From IMG/VR virus record IMGVR_UViG_3300025382_000011, positions 1 through 52,273 of that record: a stretch of 52,273 nucleotides of DNA; one strand, written 5' to 3'. Of the stretch, positions 38,981 through 48,572 are shown piece by piece. This DNA is from a virus. Taxonomy: Duplodnaviria; Caudoviricetes. Each line of letters opens with the position of its first letter. Within the stretch, counting starts at the first letter, position 1. Made by a program: the position numbers and the translations under genes. The notes beneath the pieces were generated by a model. That model was not told the origin of the DNA and did not search any database. It saw only the letters and a list, made by a program, of their open reading frames with translations.

Positions 38981-39706
38981 ATGACCACGGCGCTCGACAT
39001 TATCACGCTTGCTTATAAAGACGCTGGTGTGTTGGGCGTTGGTCAGACCCTTTTGTCTGAAGACGTGAATGACGCGCTTATACGTTTGAACATGATGATC
39101 GCCCAGTGGCGCGTGAAACGCTGGATGGTCTGGCATTTGATCGATAAAAGCGTGGTGTCAACTGGTGCGATTAAATACAGTGTTGGCCCGGGCGGGGATA
39201 TTGACGTTCCTGTCCGGCCTGACAAACTGGAAAGCGCGTATTTTAGAATGCTGCCGAATGCGAACGGCACACAAGCGGTAGATTATCCTCTCCAATTGCT
39301 TTTCTCCCGCGAGGATTACGCAAGAATTACGTTGAAGCAATTGGTGTCGTTCTCGCAGTGCATTTTTTACGACTCCGATTGGCCAATGGGTTACATTTAT
39401 CCATGGCCGCTTCCGCAAGCGAGCCTTTACGAAGTTCATATCTTATTAAAGGAAACGCTCTCAGAATTTAATGACCTCACATCGACATTTAACTTTCCTC
39501 CCGAATACCTCGCGGCGCTGCATTATAATCTTGTGATAAGAACTCGCGCTGCGTATAGGCTTCCGCCAGATCCAACTTATGAAGGGTTGGCGAAAGACTC
39601 GATGGAGACGGTGCGCTCCGCGAATACCCAAATACCTTCTCTTGTGATGCCGGATAATCTGGTCCGACCGAGCGTCTACAACATTTACAGCGACCAAACG
39701 AGGTAA
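38981..39706 (+). CDS. head-to-tail adaptor (P22 gp4-like)
   Basis: TTALDIITLAYKDAGVLGVGQ..DALIRLNMMIAQW..PPEYLAALHYNL; synteny. Confidence 0.75.
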   Translation: MTTALDIITLAYKDAGVLGVGQTLLSEDVNDALIRLNMMIAQWRVKRWMVWHLIDKSVVSTGAIKYSVGPGGDIDVPVRPDKLESAYFRMLPNANGTQAVDYPLQLLFSREDYARITLKQLVSFSQCIFYDSDWPMGYIYPWPLPQASLYEVHILLKETLSEFNDLTSTFNFPPEYLAALHYNLVIRTRAAYRLPPDPTYEGLAKDSMETVRSANTQIPSLVMPDNLVRPSVYNIYSDQTR

Positions 39707-39711
39707 ATCAA

Positions 39712-40110
39712 ATGGCAATACCTGATCGTCTCCCAAACGGTTATGCGCTTCAAGATGGCGCTGTGCTTGAAAACTTGCTTGCTACTCCGCAGTGGCAGAC
39801 AAACTATGGCATTACGGCTGTCGGCACATCCCGTGCTTCAACAACTCCTTCGCTTACCCTCGGCTCCAATGTTGTGACGGTTTCGACTTCCAGCAACTAT
39901 GGTGTTGTGTTGCCATCCGCTGTGGCTGGTAGCGTTGTGTATTTTTACAATGCAGATAGTGCAGATGCTGTCACGGTATTTGCTCTTGCTTCTGACACGA
40001 TCAACGGCACGGCTGGCGCTACCGGTGTTTCGTATGCTGCAGCTAAAAGAGTGCTTTTCATCGCTGTAACGAACGGCGTTTGGGTTGCTAACGTAATGTC
40101 TGCTACGTAA
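39712..40110 (+). CDS. small virion protein (decoration-like)
   Basis: GVVLPSAVAG..V.VF....DTING beta-sandwich pattern; lies in the structural operon. Confidence 0.6.
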   Translation: MAIPDRLPNGYALQDGAVLENLLATPQWQTNYGITAVGTSRASTTPSLTLGSNVVTVSTSSNYGVVLPSAVAGSVVYFYNADSADAVTVFALASDTINGTAGATGVSYAAAKRVLFIAVTNGVWVANVMSAT

Positions 40111-40124
40111 TAGGTGATAGGAAC

Positions 40125-41540
40125 GTGCCTCAGATCCAACTTGTTCAAGGTGCTTATGAAGCGAGGAGCGTTATCGCAAACGCCCAGCGCTGCATAAATT
40201 TATATCCAGAGCAAAATACCAAGGATGCTGAAGTTCCTTACACTCATTACTGCACTCCGGGGCTGACGCCTTTAGCGCAAGGAATTATTGCTGAAGTGCG
40301 TCAGCTTTACACGGCAAGCAATGGGCTGCTTTTTGCCGTCATCGGGAACACTGTTTATTACGTGCCAGATAACTTTGCCTTACAGGCTTTAGGCACAATC
40401 ACATCACAGTCTGGGCTTGTGTCTATGTATGATAATAAGTTCACGCTTATTATTTTAGATGGATCGACACAGGGCTGGAGTGTTGATTTAACATCATTAC
40501 AATTTGACGTGTTTATTCCAGAAAACTTTTTGGGTGGAAATCAAATTCGTTACATTGACACATTCTTGGTTTCATCAACCCAAAACGCAAATCTTCAATC
40601 TAGTGACTCCAATGCCACAACCTATCCCGCTCTTGGTGTGGCAACTATCTCTGGAGATGCAGATCAACTCCAAATCATTGACACGGTTCATAGAGAAATC
40701 TGGGCTTTCGGAAGACGCACAACAGAAGTCTGGACTGATGTTGGTTCTTACCCATTTCCTTTTCAAGAGATCCCCGGAGTGTTTATTCAACATGGGATCG
40801 CGGCTTTAAGGTCTTTGGCGAAATGGGGCTTGAATATTTTCTGGCTTTCAGAAGATAACAACGGCCAAGCATTGGTTATGATGGGCACGGCTTATAAAGC
40901 TGACGTTATTTCCACCCCAGCTATTGCCGACGCCCTTGGAAAATACGACATAATTTCTGACGCAATTGGATTTTGTTATCAGCAAGGTTCACACATTTTC
41001 TATTTCCTGTCCTTTCCATCTGCAAATGCCACATGGTGTTATGATCTTTCAACTCAACTCTGGCATGAGCGTGGGTATCTGGACGAAAATGGAAATTTGG
41101 TAAGACATCGAGCAAATTGCGCTGCACATGCTTACAACAAAACGATTGTAGGCGATTGGCAAAACGGTAAACTCTACGCTTTTGATCTAAACAATTACAC
41201 AGACAATGGGGACGCAATTTTACGTCTTCGCTCCTTTCCGCATCTTGTTATGGATGGAGATCGTGTAAGTTATTCAAGTTTCATGGCTGACATTGAAGTC
41301 GGCACAGACATTGATCCAAATGATGACCCTCAAATCACCCTTCGCTGGAGTGATGATCGTGGTGTGAGTTTTGGCAATGGGTTGCAACAATCGCTCGGCA
41401 CGTCTGGTCAATACCGTGCAGTTCCTTCTTGGAATAGACTTGGTTTTGCAAGAGATCGTGTTTTTGAACTTTCATGGACTGCGCCTTGTGCGGCAGCATT
41501 AAACGGCGCGTGGATACAAGTCGAGAAGATGGAGACTTGA
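40125..41540 (+). CDS. tail hub / DNA stabilization protein (P22 gp10-like)
   Basis: QRCINLYPE..TPGL, FG..TTEVW, TWCYDLSTQLWHER, LRWSDDRG..F, WNRLG..RDRVFE. Confidence 0.88.
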   Translation: MPQIQLVQGAYEARSVIANAQRCINLYPEQNTKDAEVPYTHYCTPGLTPLAQGIIAEVRQLYTASNGLLFAVIGNTVYYVPDNFALQALGTITSQSGLVSMYDNKFTLIILDGSTQGWSVDLTSLQFDVFIPENFLGGNQIRYIDTFLVSSTQNANLQSSDSNATTYPALGVATISGDADQLQIIDTVHREIWAFGRRTTEVWTDVGSYPFPFQEIPGVFIQHGIAALRSLAKWGLNIFWLSEDNNGQALVMMGTAYKADVISTPAIADALGKYDIISDAIGFCYQQGSHIFYFLSFPSANATWCYDLSTQLWHERGYLDENGNLVRHRANCAAHAYNKTIVGDWQNGKLYAFDLNNYTDNGDAILRLRSFPHLVMDGDRVSYSSFMADIEVGTDIDPNDDPQITLRWSDDRGVSFGNGLQQSLGTSGQYRAVPSWNRLGFARDRVFELSWTAPCAAALNGAWIQVEKMET

Positions 41541-41541
41541 C

Positions 41542-42366
41542 GTGTCAGTCTTAAAAAGCGTCCCAAACTCCACAACACCAATGGTTGATGCGAATGGATT
41601 GCCGACAAGGCAGACCCAATTATTATTAACTGCTTTAACTCAACCCGGAAACATTACTTCTTATGATCTTGCTGACGGCGCGGTTCTTACAACAAAACTC
41701 GCCAATGGATCGGTTTCAACCGACAAACTTCCAGATAGTGTAATCACTGAAACTAAAATTGCTGACAATTCAATCACAACTTCTAAAATTGTAGCGAATG
41801 CGATCACATCGAACTTAATAGCTGCAGGCGCGATTGTTGCTGACAAGATTTTTGCAAAGTCGATTGTAACGGAAAAGATTGATATTGGGGCAGTTACAAC
41901 TGATACCATTGGTTACAATGCGGTATCTAGAGTTGCTGCACAATCGAGTAATACAGGAACTGCTTCGGTCACTTTAACAACTGTTCCGGGCAGCTCGCTT
42001 TGTATTCTTGGTTTGTTTAATGGTGTTTTGAATACAAGTTCATCTTCTGGAACTTTGAATATAAACGTCAATGGAACTGTGGTTGATAGTGTGCCGATCT
42101 TTGCAGACTCCTCTGCATCACCAATAGCGCAGTATCCAAGTCAACCCGGATTTAGTTTGTATGCTTCTCCGTCTTATAATTCTGGGGGTTTTAGTTCGAC
42201 TACATATGCTTTTGTCCCGTGGGTTTTTAACGGCAATAGAAATCTTTATCCAAGAAGCATTCAGTTTAACTATTATGTTCCTGCAAATGTTACAACCGCT
42301 CAGGTTCAAGTAATCGCGTCTGTCGCATCGGACGTAAGTGTTTTGGTATGGGGGCTTCAGAGATGA
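41542..42366 (+). CDS. tail protein with 10-aa repeats (tail-needle position)
   Basis: About 8 repeats of the type DNSITTSKIV/ANAITSNLIA; follows the gp10-like gene. Confidence 0.65.
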   Translation: MSVLKSVPNSTTPMVDANGLPTRQTQLLLTALTQPGNITSYDLADGAVLTTKLANGSVSTDKLPDSVITETKIADNSITTSKIVANAITSNLIAAGAIVADKIFAKSIVTEKIDIGAVTTDTIGYNAVSRVAAQSSNTGTASVTLTTVPGSSLCILGLFNGVLNTSSSSGTLNINVNGTVVDSVPIFADSSASPIAQYPSQPGFSLYASPSYNSGGFSSTTYAFVPWVFNGNRNLYPRSIQFNYYVPANVTTAQVQVIASVASDVSVLVWGLQR

Positions 42367-42647
42367 CGATAAAAATATTTCTAACATACACCCCAGAAGG
42401 CAAAATCACTGCTCAGACTTTTGAAGAAGAAATTTATTTTGAGCAGCGCAAGGCTAATGGTGAACTTGTCTTGGAAATTCCGAGTCAAATCCATTATAAA
42501 ATTCACAAAATAGATATGACAACATTACAAGTAGTTCAAAAAAGCCCGGAAGAAATTGATGCAGAGGCCCCTAAACCGCTTGAACCTCCAGTAATCGTCT
42601 TGCCGCCCACAATAACTCCTACAACCCCTTTGCCTATCGGCAGTTAA
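42363..42647 (+). CDS. hypothetical protein
   Basis: ATGA-coupled start MTIKIF. Confidence 0.6.
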   Translation: MTIKIFLTYTPEGKITAQTFEEEIYFEQRKANGELVLEIPSQIHYKIHKIDMTTLQVVQKSPEEIDAEAPKPLEPPVIVLPPTITPTTPLPIGS

Positions 42648-42683
42648 GTATTATGATAACTACTTCAAATTTAGGAGATTAAG

Positions 42684-43589
42684 ATGGACCCCGTAACTTT
42701 AGCCATGGCAGGGGCTGCTGCTGGAAGCCTTTTCAAAGGTATTGGGGGAATGATCGGTGCCGGGCAAACGGCTGCAGGTGCGTTACAGGGTGGCCAAACG
42801 GCAAGTTTATTTGACCTTCTTGGCATTCAACAAGCCCAACAAGCTGCACAAAATTGGTATAATACGGCTGCACAAGCGGTATCTCCTTATACAACGGCAG
42901 GCTCTCAATCTATTCAACAATTGATGAGTGCCCTAACAGGCACAGGGGCTAGAGATGCTGGTATCGGCGGGGGTGGCGCGAATTTACTTTCGACTTTTCA
43001 GCCTACTCAAGCCCAGCTCGAACAAACCCCCGGTTATCAATGGGCCAAGCAGCAAACGCTTGGTGCTATGACTAATGCTGGCGCGGCAAAAGGTATTGGA
43101 TCATCTGGTAATTTGGTGCAGCAAGTTGGCCAAACTGCCACAGGCCTTGCGTCCCAAACATATCAGCAACAAGTTCAAAATTACTTAGCTCAAAATCTCC
43201 AAGCCTACAACATGCTGATGGGCCCAACTACATTAGGCCAGTCATCTGCTAATCTACTTGCAGGTGGCGCGACATCTCTTGGTGGAGATTTATCAAGAAT
43301 TAATGCTGCAGGCTTTAATGCTGCAGGGACGGCACTTGGCGGAAGCCAGATGAGTGCAGCTAATGCTCAAGCAACAGGAACAAATGCGCTGTTTGGTGGC
43401 GCAGGGCAAGCTACTGGATATGCAGCATCTTCTCCTCTTGCGAATATTTATGCACAAAGTTCGGCTGGGGCAACACCTCAAGCCACATTAGCTGCATTAC
43501 AAGGTAATATATTCGGAAGCGCACCATCTTACGGAACAAATTCACCAGCATTTGCTCCGGTTAATCCTCAAGCGACAGCATTTAGTTGA
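42684..43589 (+). CDS. DNA ejection protein (P22 gp7-like)
   Basis: G/A/Q-rich; SPYTTAG, LEQTPGYQW, AAKG..SSG, GLASQTYQ. Confidence 0.75.
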   Translation: MDPVTLAMAGAAAGSLFKGIGGMIGAGQTAAGALQGGQTASLFDLLGIQQAQQAAQNWYNTAAQAVSPYTTAGSQSIQQLMSALTGTGARDAGIGGGGANLLSTFQPTQAQLEQTPGYQWAKQQTLGAMTNAGAAKGIGSSGNLVQQVGQTATGLASQTYQQQVQNYLAQNLQAYNMLMGPTTLGQSSANLLAGGATSLGGDLSRINAAGFNAAGTALGGSQMSAANAQATGTNALFGGAGQATGYAASSPLANIYAQSSAGATPQATLAALQGNIFGSAPSYGTNSPAFAPVNPQATAFS

Positions 43590-43604
43590 TAAAGGGCAAG
43601 AATT

Positions 43605-45023
43605 ATGGATCAGCTTCCTAGCGTTGCACCACCAGCTGCACAAAACTTTGACATCCCAAATCCGCTGCAGACTATGCAGCAGATGCAAGGAATTGCTTTG
43701 CAAGGAATTGAAGCGCAAAAACAAAAACAAGCTACAGATTTACAAGCTGCGCAGATCAAAGCAAATCAATCGTTTGGGCAGATTTTACAGAGCCATATCG
43801 ATCCAGAAACTGGAATGCCGAATGTCGAACAATCTTTAGCCATTGCTGCACAACATCCAGAAACTGCTCCATTTTACAAAGATTTTCTAAATTTTACACA
43901 AAGTTATGGAAAGTTGGATGCGGAAAAACACGCAAAGCAGCTAGAAAATAATCTTAGTTCTTTACGGTTGGCGAAGGAAACATTTATTCCACTGGCAACA
44001 AGATTAAATGATGCTACTCAGCCATTAAAAACCTCCGACGTGATGGGCGCATTTGCTTCCATGCGGAATTATTTGCCTGACTCCGAAGTTGATAAGATGA
44101 TGGGGGATTATCTTTCTAAAGAGCAAAAGGGATTAACAACCCCGACAGCCTATGTAAAAGGATCTTTGCTTGGAACCGAACAAGGCATTAAAGCTCTTGA
44201 AAACGCACAAGGCACTTATAAAGAACAAAATGAGCTTGTTCCAGTTAATACACCTAATGGTGTTGTGCCTATGCCTCGGTGGCAAGCAATACAATTAACC
44301 CAGAATGCTGCGCAGGGCAGGTCGGCTCCTCCTGCCGCTGTGCCGCAACGGGGGGAGGGACAACCCTCTGTTTCTCCCCCCACCTCGGCACCATACACTT
44401 ATGCTAGTGAAGCTCAACAAGAAGCGTCAAAAGAACAAGCAAAACAATTCAATACTTTCATGGATAAAAATGCTGAAGGTGCGCGTGATGCTCAACTTGG
44501 GCAAACTCAAATTACTCAACTTCGGCAGACCTTACCAAAAATCGAGCCTTATTTGGGACTGCTTGGCTCAGAAAAAATGAATTTTGCAAAATTAGGTCAG
44601 GCACTTGATGCAAATGATGAGCTGGGAGAGGTTAGGGCACTTTTAGGTGTCGATACTGTAAAAGAAGCAAGAGATGTTATTGCAAACCTTGAAGCATTTG
44701 ACAAAAATACTCTTCTTCAAAATGTTGAGGCAGCAAAAACATCAATTGGTCCGGGCAATCGGATGACAAATGCTGAATTTAATCGCTTCAACAAAGCACT
44801 TTTGTCCATGCGTATGACAGCAAGTGGTGTGAAAAAAGTCCTTGGTTACATGGAAAAACTAAATCAACTCGCTCTTGATCGAAATGAATTTATGACGGAT
44901 TTCCAAAGAAGAGAAGCTGGAAAAGGCCATCAATTTAACGTCAATGTTGCAGAAGATGCTTGGACTCGCTGGCTAACAAAACATCCAGATTCTTTCAAGT
45001 TCGAAGGTCTAGGGGAGGATTAA
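43605..45023 (+). CDS. DNA ejection/internal virion protein
   Basis: Helical Q-rich protein between the gp7-like and lysozyme-domain proteins. Confidence 0.65.
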   Translation: MDQLPSVAPPAAQNFDIPNPLQTMQQMQGIALQGIEAQKQKQATDLQAAQIKANQSFGQILQSHIDPETGMPNVEQSLAIAAQHPETAPFYKDFLNFTQSYGKLDAEKHAKQLENNLSSLRLAKETFIPLATRLNDATQPLKTSDVMGAFASMRNYLPDSEVDKMMGDYLSKEQKGLTTPTAYVKGSLLGTEQGIKALENAQGTYKEQNELVPVNTPNGVVPMPRWQAIQLTQNAAQGRSAPPAAVPQRGEGQPSVSPPTSAPYTYASEAQQEASKEQAKQFNTFMDKNAEGARDAQLGQTQITQLRQTLPKIEPYLGLLGSEKMNFAKLGQALDANDELGEVRALLGVDTVKEARDVIANLEAFDKNTLLQNVEAAKTSIGPGNRMTNAEFNRFNKALLSMRMTASGVKKVLGYMEKLNQLALDRNEFMTDFQRREAGKGHQFNVNVAEDAWTRWLTKHPDSFKFEGLGED

Positions 45024-45024
45024 A

Positions 45025-47421
45025 ATGGCTTATGGCAATCCTTTAGCAGAACTTCCCCGCCTCCGCGCTGGTATTGGCAAAATGGAAAGCGGGAATGATT
45101 ATTCAGCCCTTGGTCCTGTAATTAAACGCAAGCAAGGGACAGATCGGGCTTATGGAAAATACGGCGTGATGGGAGAAAATATCCCATCTTGGACCGAAAA
45201 AGCTCTTGGTCGTCCTTTAACTGCATTTGAATTTTTACACAGCCCAGAAGCTCAAGAAAAAGTTTTTGAAAATCAAATGTCCAGCAATCTTTTGAAGTAT
45301 GGATCTGCAAAAGATGCTGCATCTATTTGGTTTTCGGGGCGACCTTATGCGGAAGCTGCACGGGCTGGTGCGCGTGACATAAACATGCCTGTTTCCCAAT
45401 ACGTGAACTCCGTTATGGGCGGTGGCCCGGAAGTTCGTGGTGAACAATATGCTGAAAATCAACCAGCTGAATGGGCGAGTGATTGGACACCTTCTCGTCT
45501 TGCTCCACAAAATGCCCCAAGACCCGCAGTTGAATGGGCGGAAGAATGGACCCCTTCACGTCTTGAAACTGCACCCACTGAAGCTGCGCCTACAACTGGT
45601 GGGGTGGAATTTTTAGAAGACAGCAAAATTCAACCAGATGAACTTGCAGCAAAAGGTCAACCTCTCCCAGCACAGGCGGGCCAGCCTGTTCCCGTCAAAC
45701 CAATTCCCGCTCCTGTTGTAACAAAACCTGCTCCTTGGGGAATGGCGGAAGAAGCAGCAAATGCTTTACTTGCAGGATATTTACCAGAAGCAATGGCTCC
45801 GTTTACAGGACGAACTGCCGAAGAATATCAAAAAGGCAAACAAATTTATGAAAGAGAATATCCACTTAGAAGCGGGCTTGCAGAGGTTGGTGGTGGAGTT
45901 GCACAAGGCTTGGCTCTTGGTCTAACAGGAATGGGCGCTGTCGGTGCAGTTGCCCCACGAATTGCTCAAGCAGTGCCTCGACTTCGTCCTGCAATTCAAA
46001 CAGCACAAAGATGGATGGCTGGGCAAGCTGGACGCACAGCACCATTTCCAAGTGGCGGAACCTTACGTCAACCCGGAATGGTTGCAGCTGCGGAGAGAGT
46101 TGCAGCTCCAATCGTCGGGGGCGGTTTGGCTGGAGGTATGAACGCTTTCATCAACCAAAGGCTTCGCCCAGATGTTCCTGTCGGAGAACAAGTAGCAGAA
46201 GGTGCGCTTTTTGGATCATTTGCACAACCTTTAACTCATTTAGCGTTTGGGCGCCCGGGCCCTACGTTTGCTCCACACATTGAAGAAAGTGCAAGACAGA
46301 ATGCAATTCTTGCAAGGAATAAATATAATATTCCGATCACTCCTTGGCAGGTTTCTCCTCTCGAAGAAGAACAACAAATCGCAAGACAGGCTGTGTCAAG
46401 TGAACAAGGCTTAGAACAAGTTAAAAAGATCGGTGAAGAAGTTGGAAAGACTTTTAACCATTCCGGTCCTTTTACAGAGACAGAAGTTGGAAAATCTGTT
46501 GATGCTATCGGTAATGTGATGGAGACTGCCGCAAACGGTATTCGTCTGCCTTCCGTCAATCGTGGCACAACTGCATTAGCGCATGATATTATTAATCTTG
46601 CAAATGAAATTACAAATGATGTTGTGGATGATGCTGAAAGAAATAAATTACTTAGAATGGTGCAAAAGTTTAGCGATAGATTATTGCTGACACCTGTGTC
46701 CGGCAGTGTTATTCAAAATTTAACTCAGAAAAATGGTTACATTGACAAGAACTTAAATCCTGCTTCAAATTCGCTCAATAAATATTTTAACGCAAGAATG
46801 AAGGATCTTGTTTATGATTATTTTTATCGAGCAGATCCTGCTCACGCAATGTTATGGGAAGAACTGCGTAACGCTTACAAGAATTCACTTTTAGGTCTTA
46901 AGATTGCGACTCCGTCTGGAGTTCCAGATGTTTCAAAATTACAAGAAGCCGCAAAGAAAGTTCGGGCAAGAGGAAATATGGCAGAACTTGCTGAAATTTC
47001 TTCCCTCATTCCAAAAGTTGTGAATAAAGGAACGGGAGCTGTAGAACGTATTGGCAAGGAAGCGCCTCGAAGAGAAGGCGGTCATTACGGCATTTTTGGA
47101 ACGGCAGCAGCTGGCGGTTTAACTGGTAGTGCAATTGAGCGTCTTTATCCAGAAATATCAAAACAAATTTTTGAAGGAAGCGAAATGCCATTAATGCCTG
47201 CGTTGTTTGCCGCAGGATCTGGCGCAGCATTGTATGGTGGTAAAAAAGCATATGAGGCAGCTAGGGATAGATTTTTACAAAGTCCTATAATTCAAAATCA
47301 AATTTTGGCAGGACGAGGGCCCGCTATGCAGCAAGCAGCATTTGTTAATCCTTTAACGTCTGGGGCTGTGTCTGGTAGACTGACTTATCAAGAAAGACGC
47401 AAAAAGAGGGAAAAGAAATGA
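45025..47421 (+). CDS. internal virion protein with N-terminal lysozyme-like/transglycosylase domain
   Basis: IGKMESGNDYSALGP..AYGKYGVM..NIPSWT..FL.SPEAQE..AASIWFSG. Confidence 0.75.
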   Translation: MAYGNPLAELPRLRAGIGKMESGNDYSALGPVIKRKQGTDRAYGKYGVMGENIPSWTEKALGRPLTAFEFLHSPEAQEKVFENQMSSNLLKYGSAKDAASIWFSGRPYAEAARAGARDINMPVSQYVNSVMGGGPEVRGEQYAENQPAEWASDWTPSRLAPQNAPRPAVEWAEEWTPSRLETAPTEAAPTTGGVEFLEDSKIQPDELAAKGQPLPAQAGQPVPVKPIPAPVVTKPAPWGMAEEAANALLAGYLPEAMAPFTGRTAEEYQKGKQIYEREYPLRSGLAEVGGGVAQGLALGLTGMGAVGAVAPRIAQAVPRLRPAIQTAQRWMAGQAGRTAPFPSGGTLRQPGMVAAAERVAAPIVGGGLAGGMNAFINQRLRPDVPVGEQVAEGALFGSFAQPLTHLAFGRPGPTFAPHIEESARQNAILARNKYNIPITPWQVSPLEEEQQIARQAVSSEQGLEQVKKIGEEVGKTFNHSGPFTETEVGKSVDAIGNVMETAANGIRLPSVNRGTTALAHDIINLANEITNDVVDDAERNKLLRMVQKFSDRLLLTPVSGSVIQNLTQKNGYIDKNLNPASNSLNKYFNARMKDLVYDYFYRADPAHAMLWEELRNAYKNSLLGLKIATPSGVPDVSKLQEAAKKVRARGNMAELAEISSLIPKVVNKGTGAVERIGKEAPRREGGHYGIFGTAAAGGLTGSAIERLYPEISKQIFEGSEMPLMPALFAAGSGAALYGGKKAYEAARDRFLQSPIIQNQILAGRGPAMQQAAFVNPLTSGAVSGRLTYQERRKKREKK

Positions 47422-48539
47422 AAAAGGTTACAGCGGGTCTAACGGCCCTTTTACTATCAAGCACAAGTTTGAATGCAGCTACACTTCTGCCAAACGGTCA
47501 GCAGCAATTCATCGACGGCAACGGTAAGCCTTATGCGAGCGGCAAAGTATATTTTTACTCCAACTTTCCTGCTTGCACGGTTTTGAAAAATACATGGAGT
47601 GACTCAGGACAAACAGTTCTCAACACAAATCCTGTCGTGCTTGATGCTGCCGGTCGTGCAACAATTTTTGGCTCCGGCACGTATTGCCAGAAATTAACAG
47701 ACTCAAACAACAATGTGATCTGGACAACGCAAACCGGTGACACGTCAAGCACATCGACGCTTGGCTGGGGTTCAACTTCTGGCGGCACGGCAAATGCGCA
47801 GACCGTAACGGTGTCAGGCTTTTCCTCAACAAACGGTCAAACATTTTACTTTGTTGCTGGATCGACAAACACAGGAGCGCTCACGCTTTCTGTCAACGGT
47901 GGTGCGCCGATCTCTGTCGTCAAACCAACTACATCCGGCACATCTATTCTTATCGGAAATGAAGTTGCTGCAGGAACTGTAAATGGTGTTACTTATTATT
48001 CTACAACCGGACAATTTCAGCTTATCACCAACAACATAAATGTTGCTACACCTCCCGGGCAGCTGGCGACCTATGCTATGACAAGTTGTCCTGCTGGCTG
48101 GTTGAGTGCAAATGGTGCTGCGGTGTCACGTTCCATTTATTCCATTTTGTTTTCTAATATCGGAACAACGTGGGGATCTGGTGACGGAGCTACCACATTT
48201 AACGTGCCAGATTTACGCGGTATGTTTGTTCGCGGCACAGGCACAAACACTGCTTATCCAGCAGCTGTCGGTCAAGCTGTCGGCACATACGCCGCTGATA
48301 CATACTTAAATCATAACCACACAGCTACTTCTAGTGATGCTGGACATACCCATTCTTATACTGGAGCAAATGGTGGTGGTGCCGCAGCTCCCGGTGTTGG
48401 TGGACAAGGTGTCAACAATGTTGCTGCAACCACAGGAACTGGTTATGCCTCAATCACCACAACTGTTGCGAACTCAACAACGGGCGGCACGGAAACAAAA
48501 CCTAAAAACTACGGGGTTTTGTATTGCATTAAATATTAA
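47418..48539 (+). CDS. tail fibre (podovirus tail-binding N-domain + tail-collar domain) with predicted signal peptide
   Basis: QQFIDGNGKPYASGKVYFY..NTNPVVLDAAGRA; CPAGWLSANGAAVSR..LFSNIGTTWGSGDGATTFNVPDLRG; ETKPKN....YCIKY. Confidence 0.88.
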   Translation: MKKVTAGLTALLLSSTSLNAATLLPNGQQQFIDGNGKPYASGKVYFYSNFPACTVLKNTWSDSGQTVLNTNPVVLDAAGRATIFGSGTYCQKLTDSNNNVIWTTQTGDTSSTSTLGWGSTSGGTANAQTVTVSGFSSTNGQTFYFVAGSTNTGALTLSVNGGAPISVVKPTTSGTSILIGNEVAAGTVNGVTYYSTTGQFQLITNNINVATPPGQLATYAMTSCPAGWLSANGAAVSRSIYSILFSNIGTTWGSGDGATTFNVPDLRGMFVRGTGTNTAYPAAVGQAVGTYAADTYLNHNHTATSSDAGHTHSYTGANGGGAAAPGVGGQGVNNVAATTGTGYASITTTVANSTTGGTETKPKNYGVLYCIKY

Positions 48540-48572
48540 GCCCATTCGAGACTCAGTATAGAGTGGGTTTAA
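48536..48572 (+). repeat. dispersed bipartite element, copy 6 (fills the convergent junction)
   Basis: ttaagccca-ttcgag-actcagtat-agag-tgggtttaa; both flanking TAA stops lie in its arms. Confidence 0.8.

Noticed and set aside
47418-48539. Diversity-generating retroelement or invertible fibre cassette
   Set aside because: No reverse transcriptase, template repeat or invertase seen.
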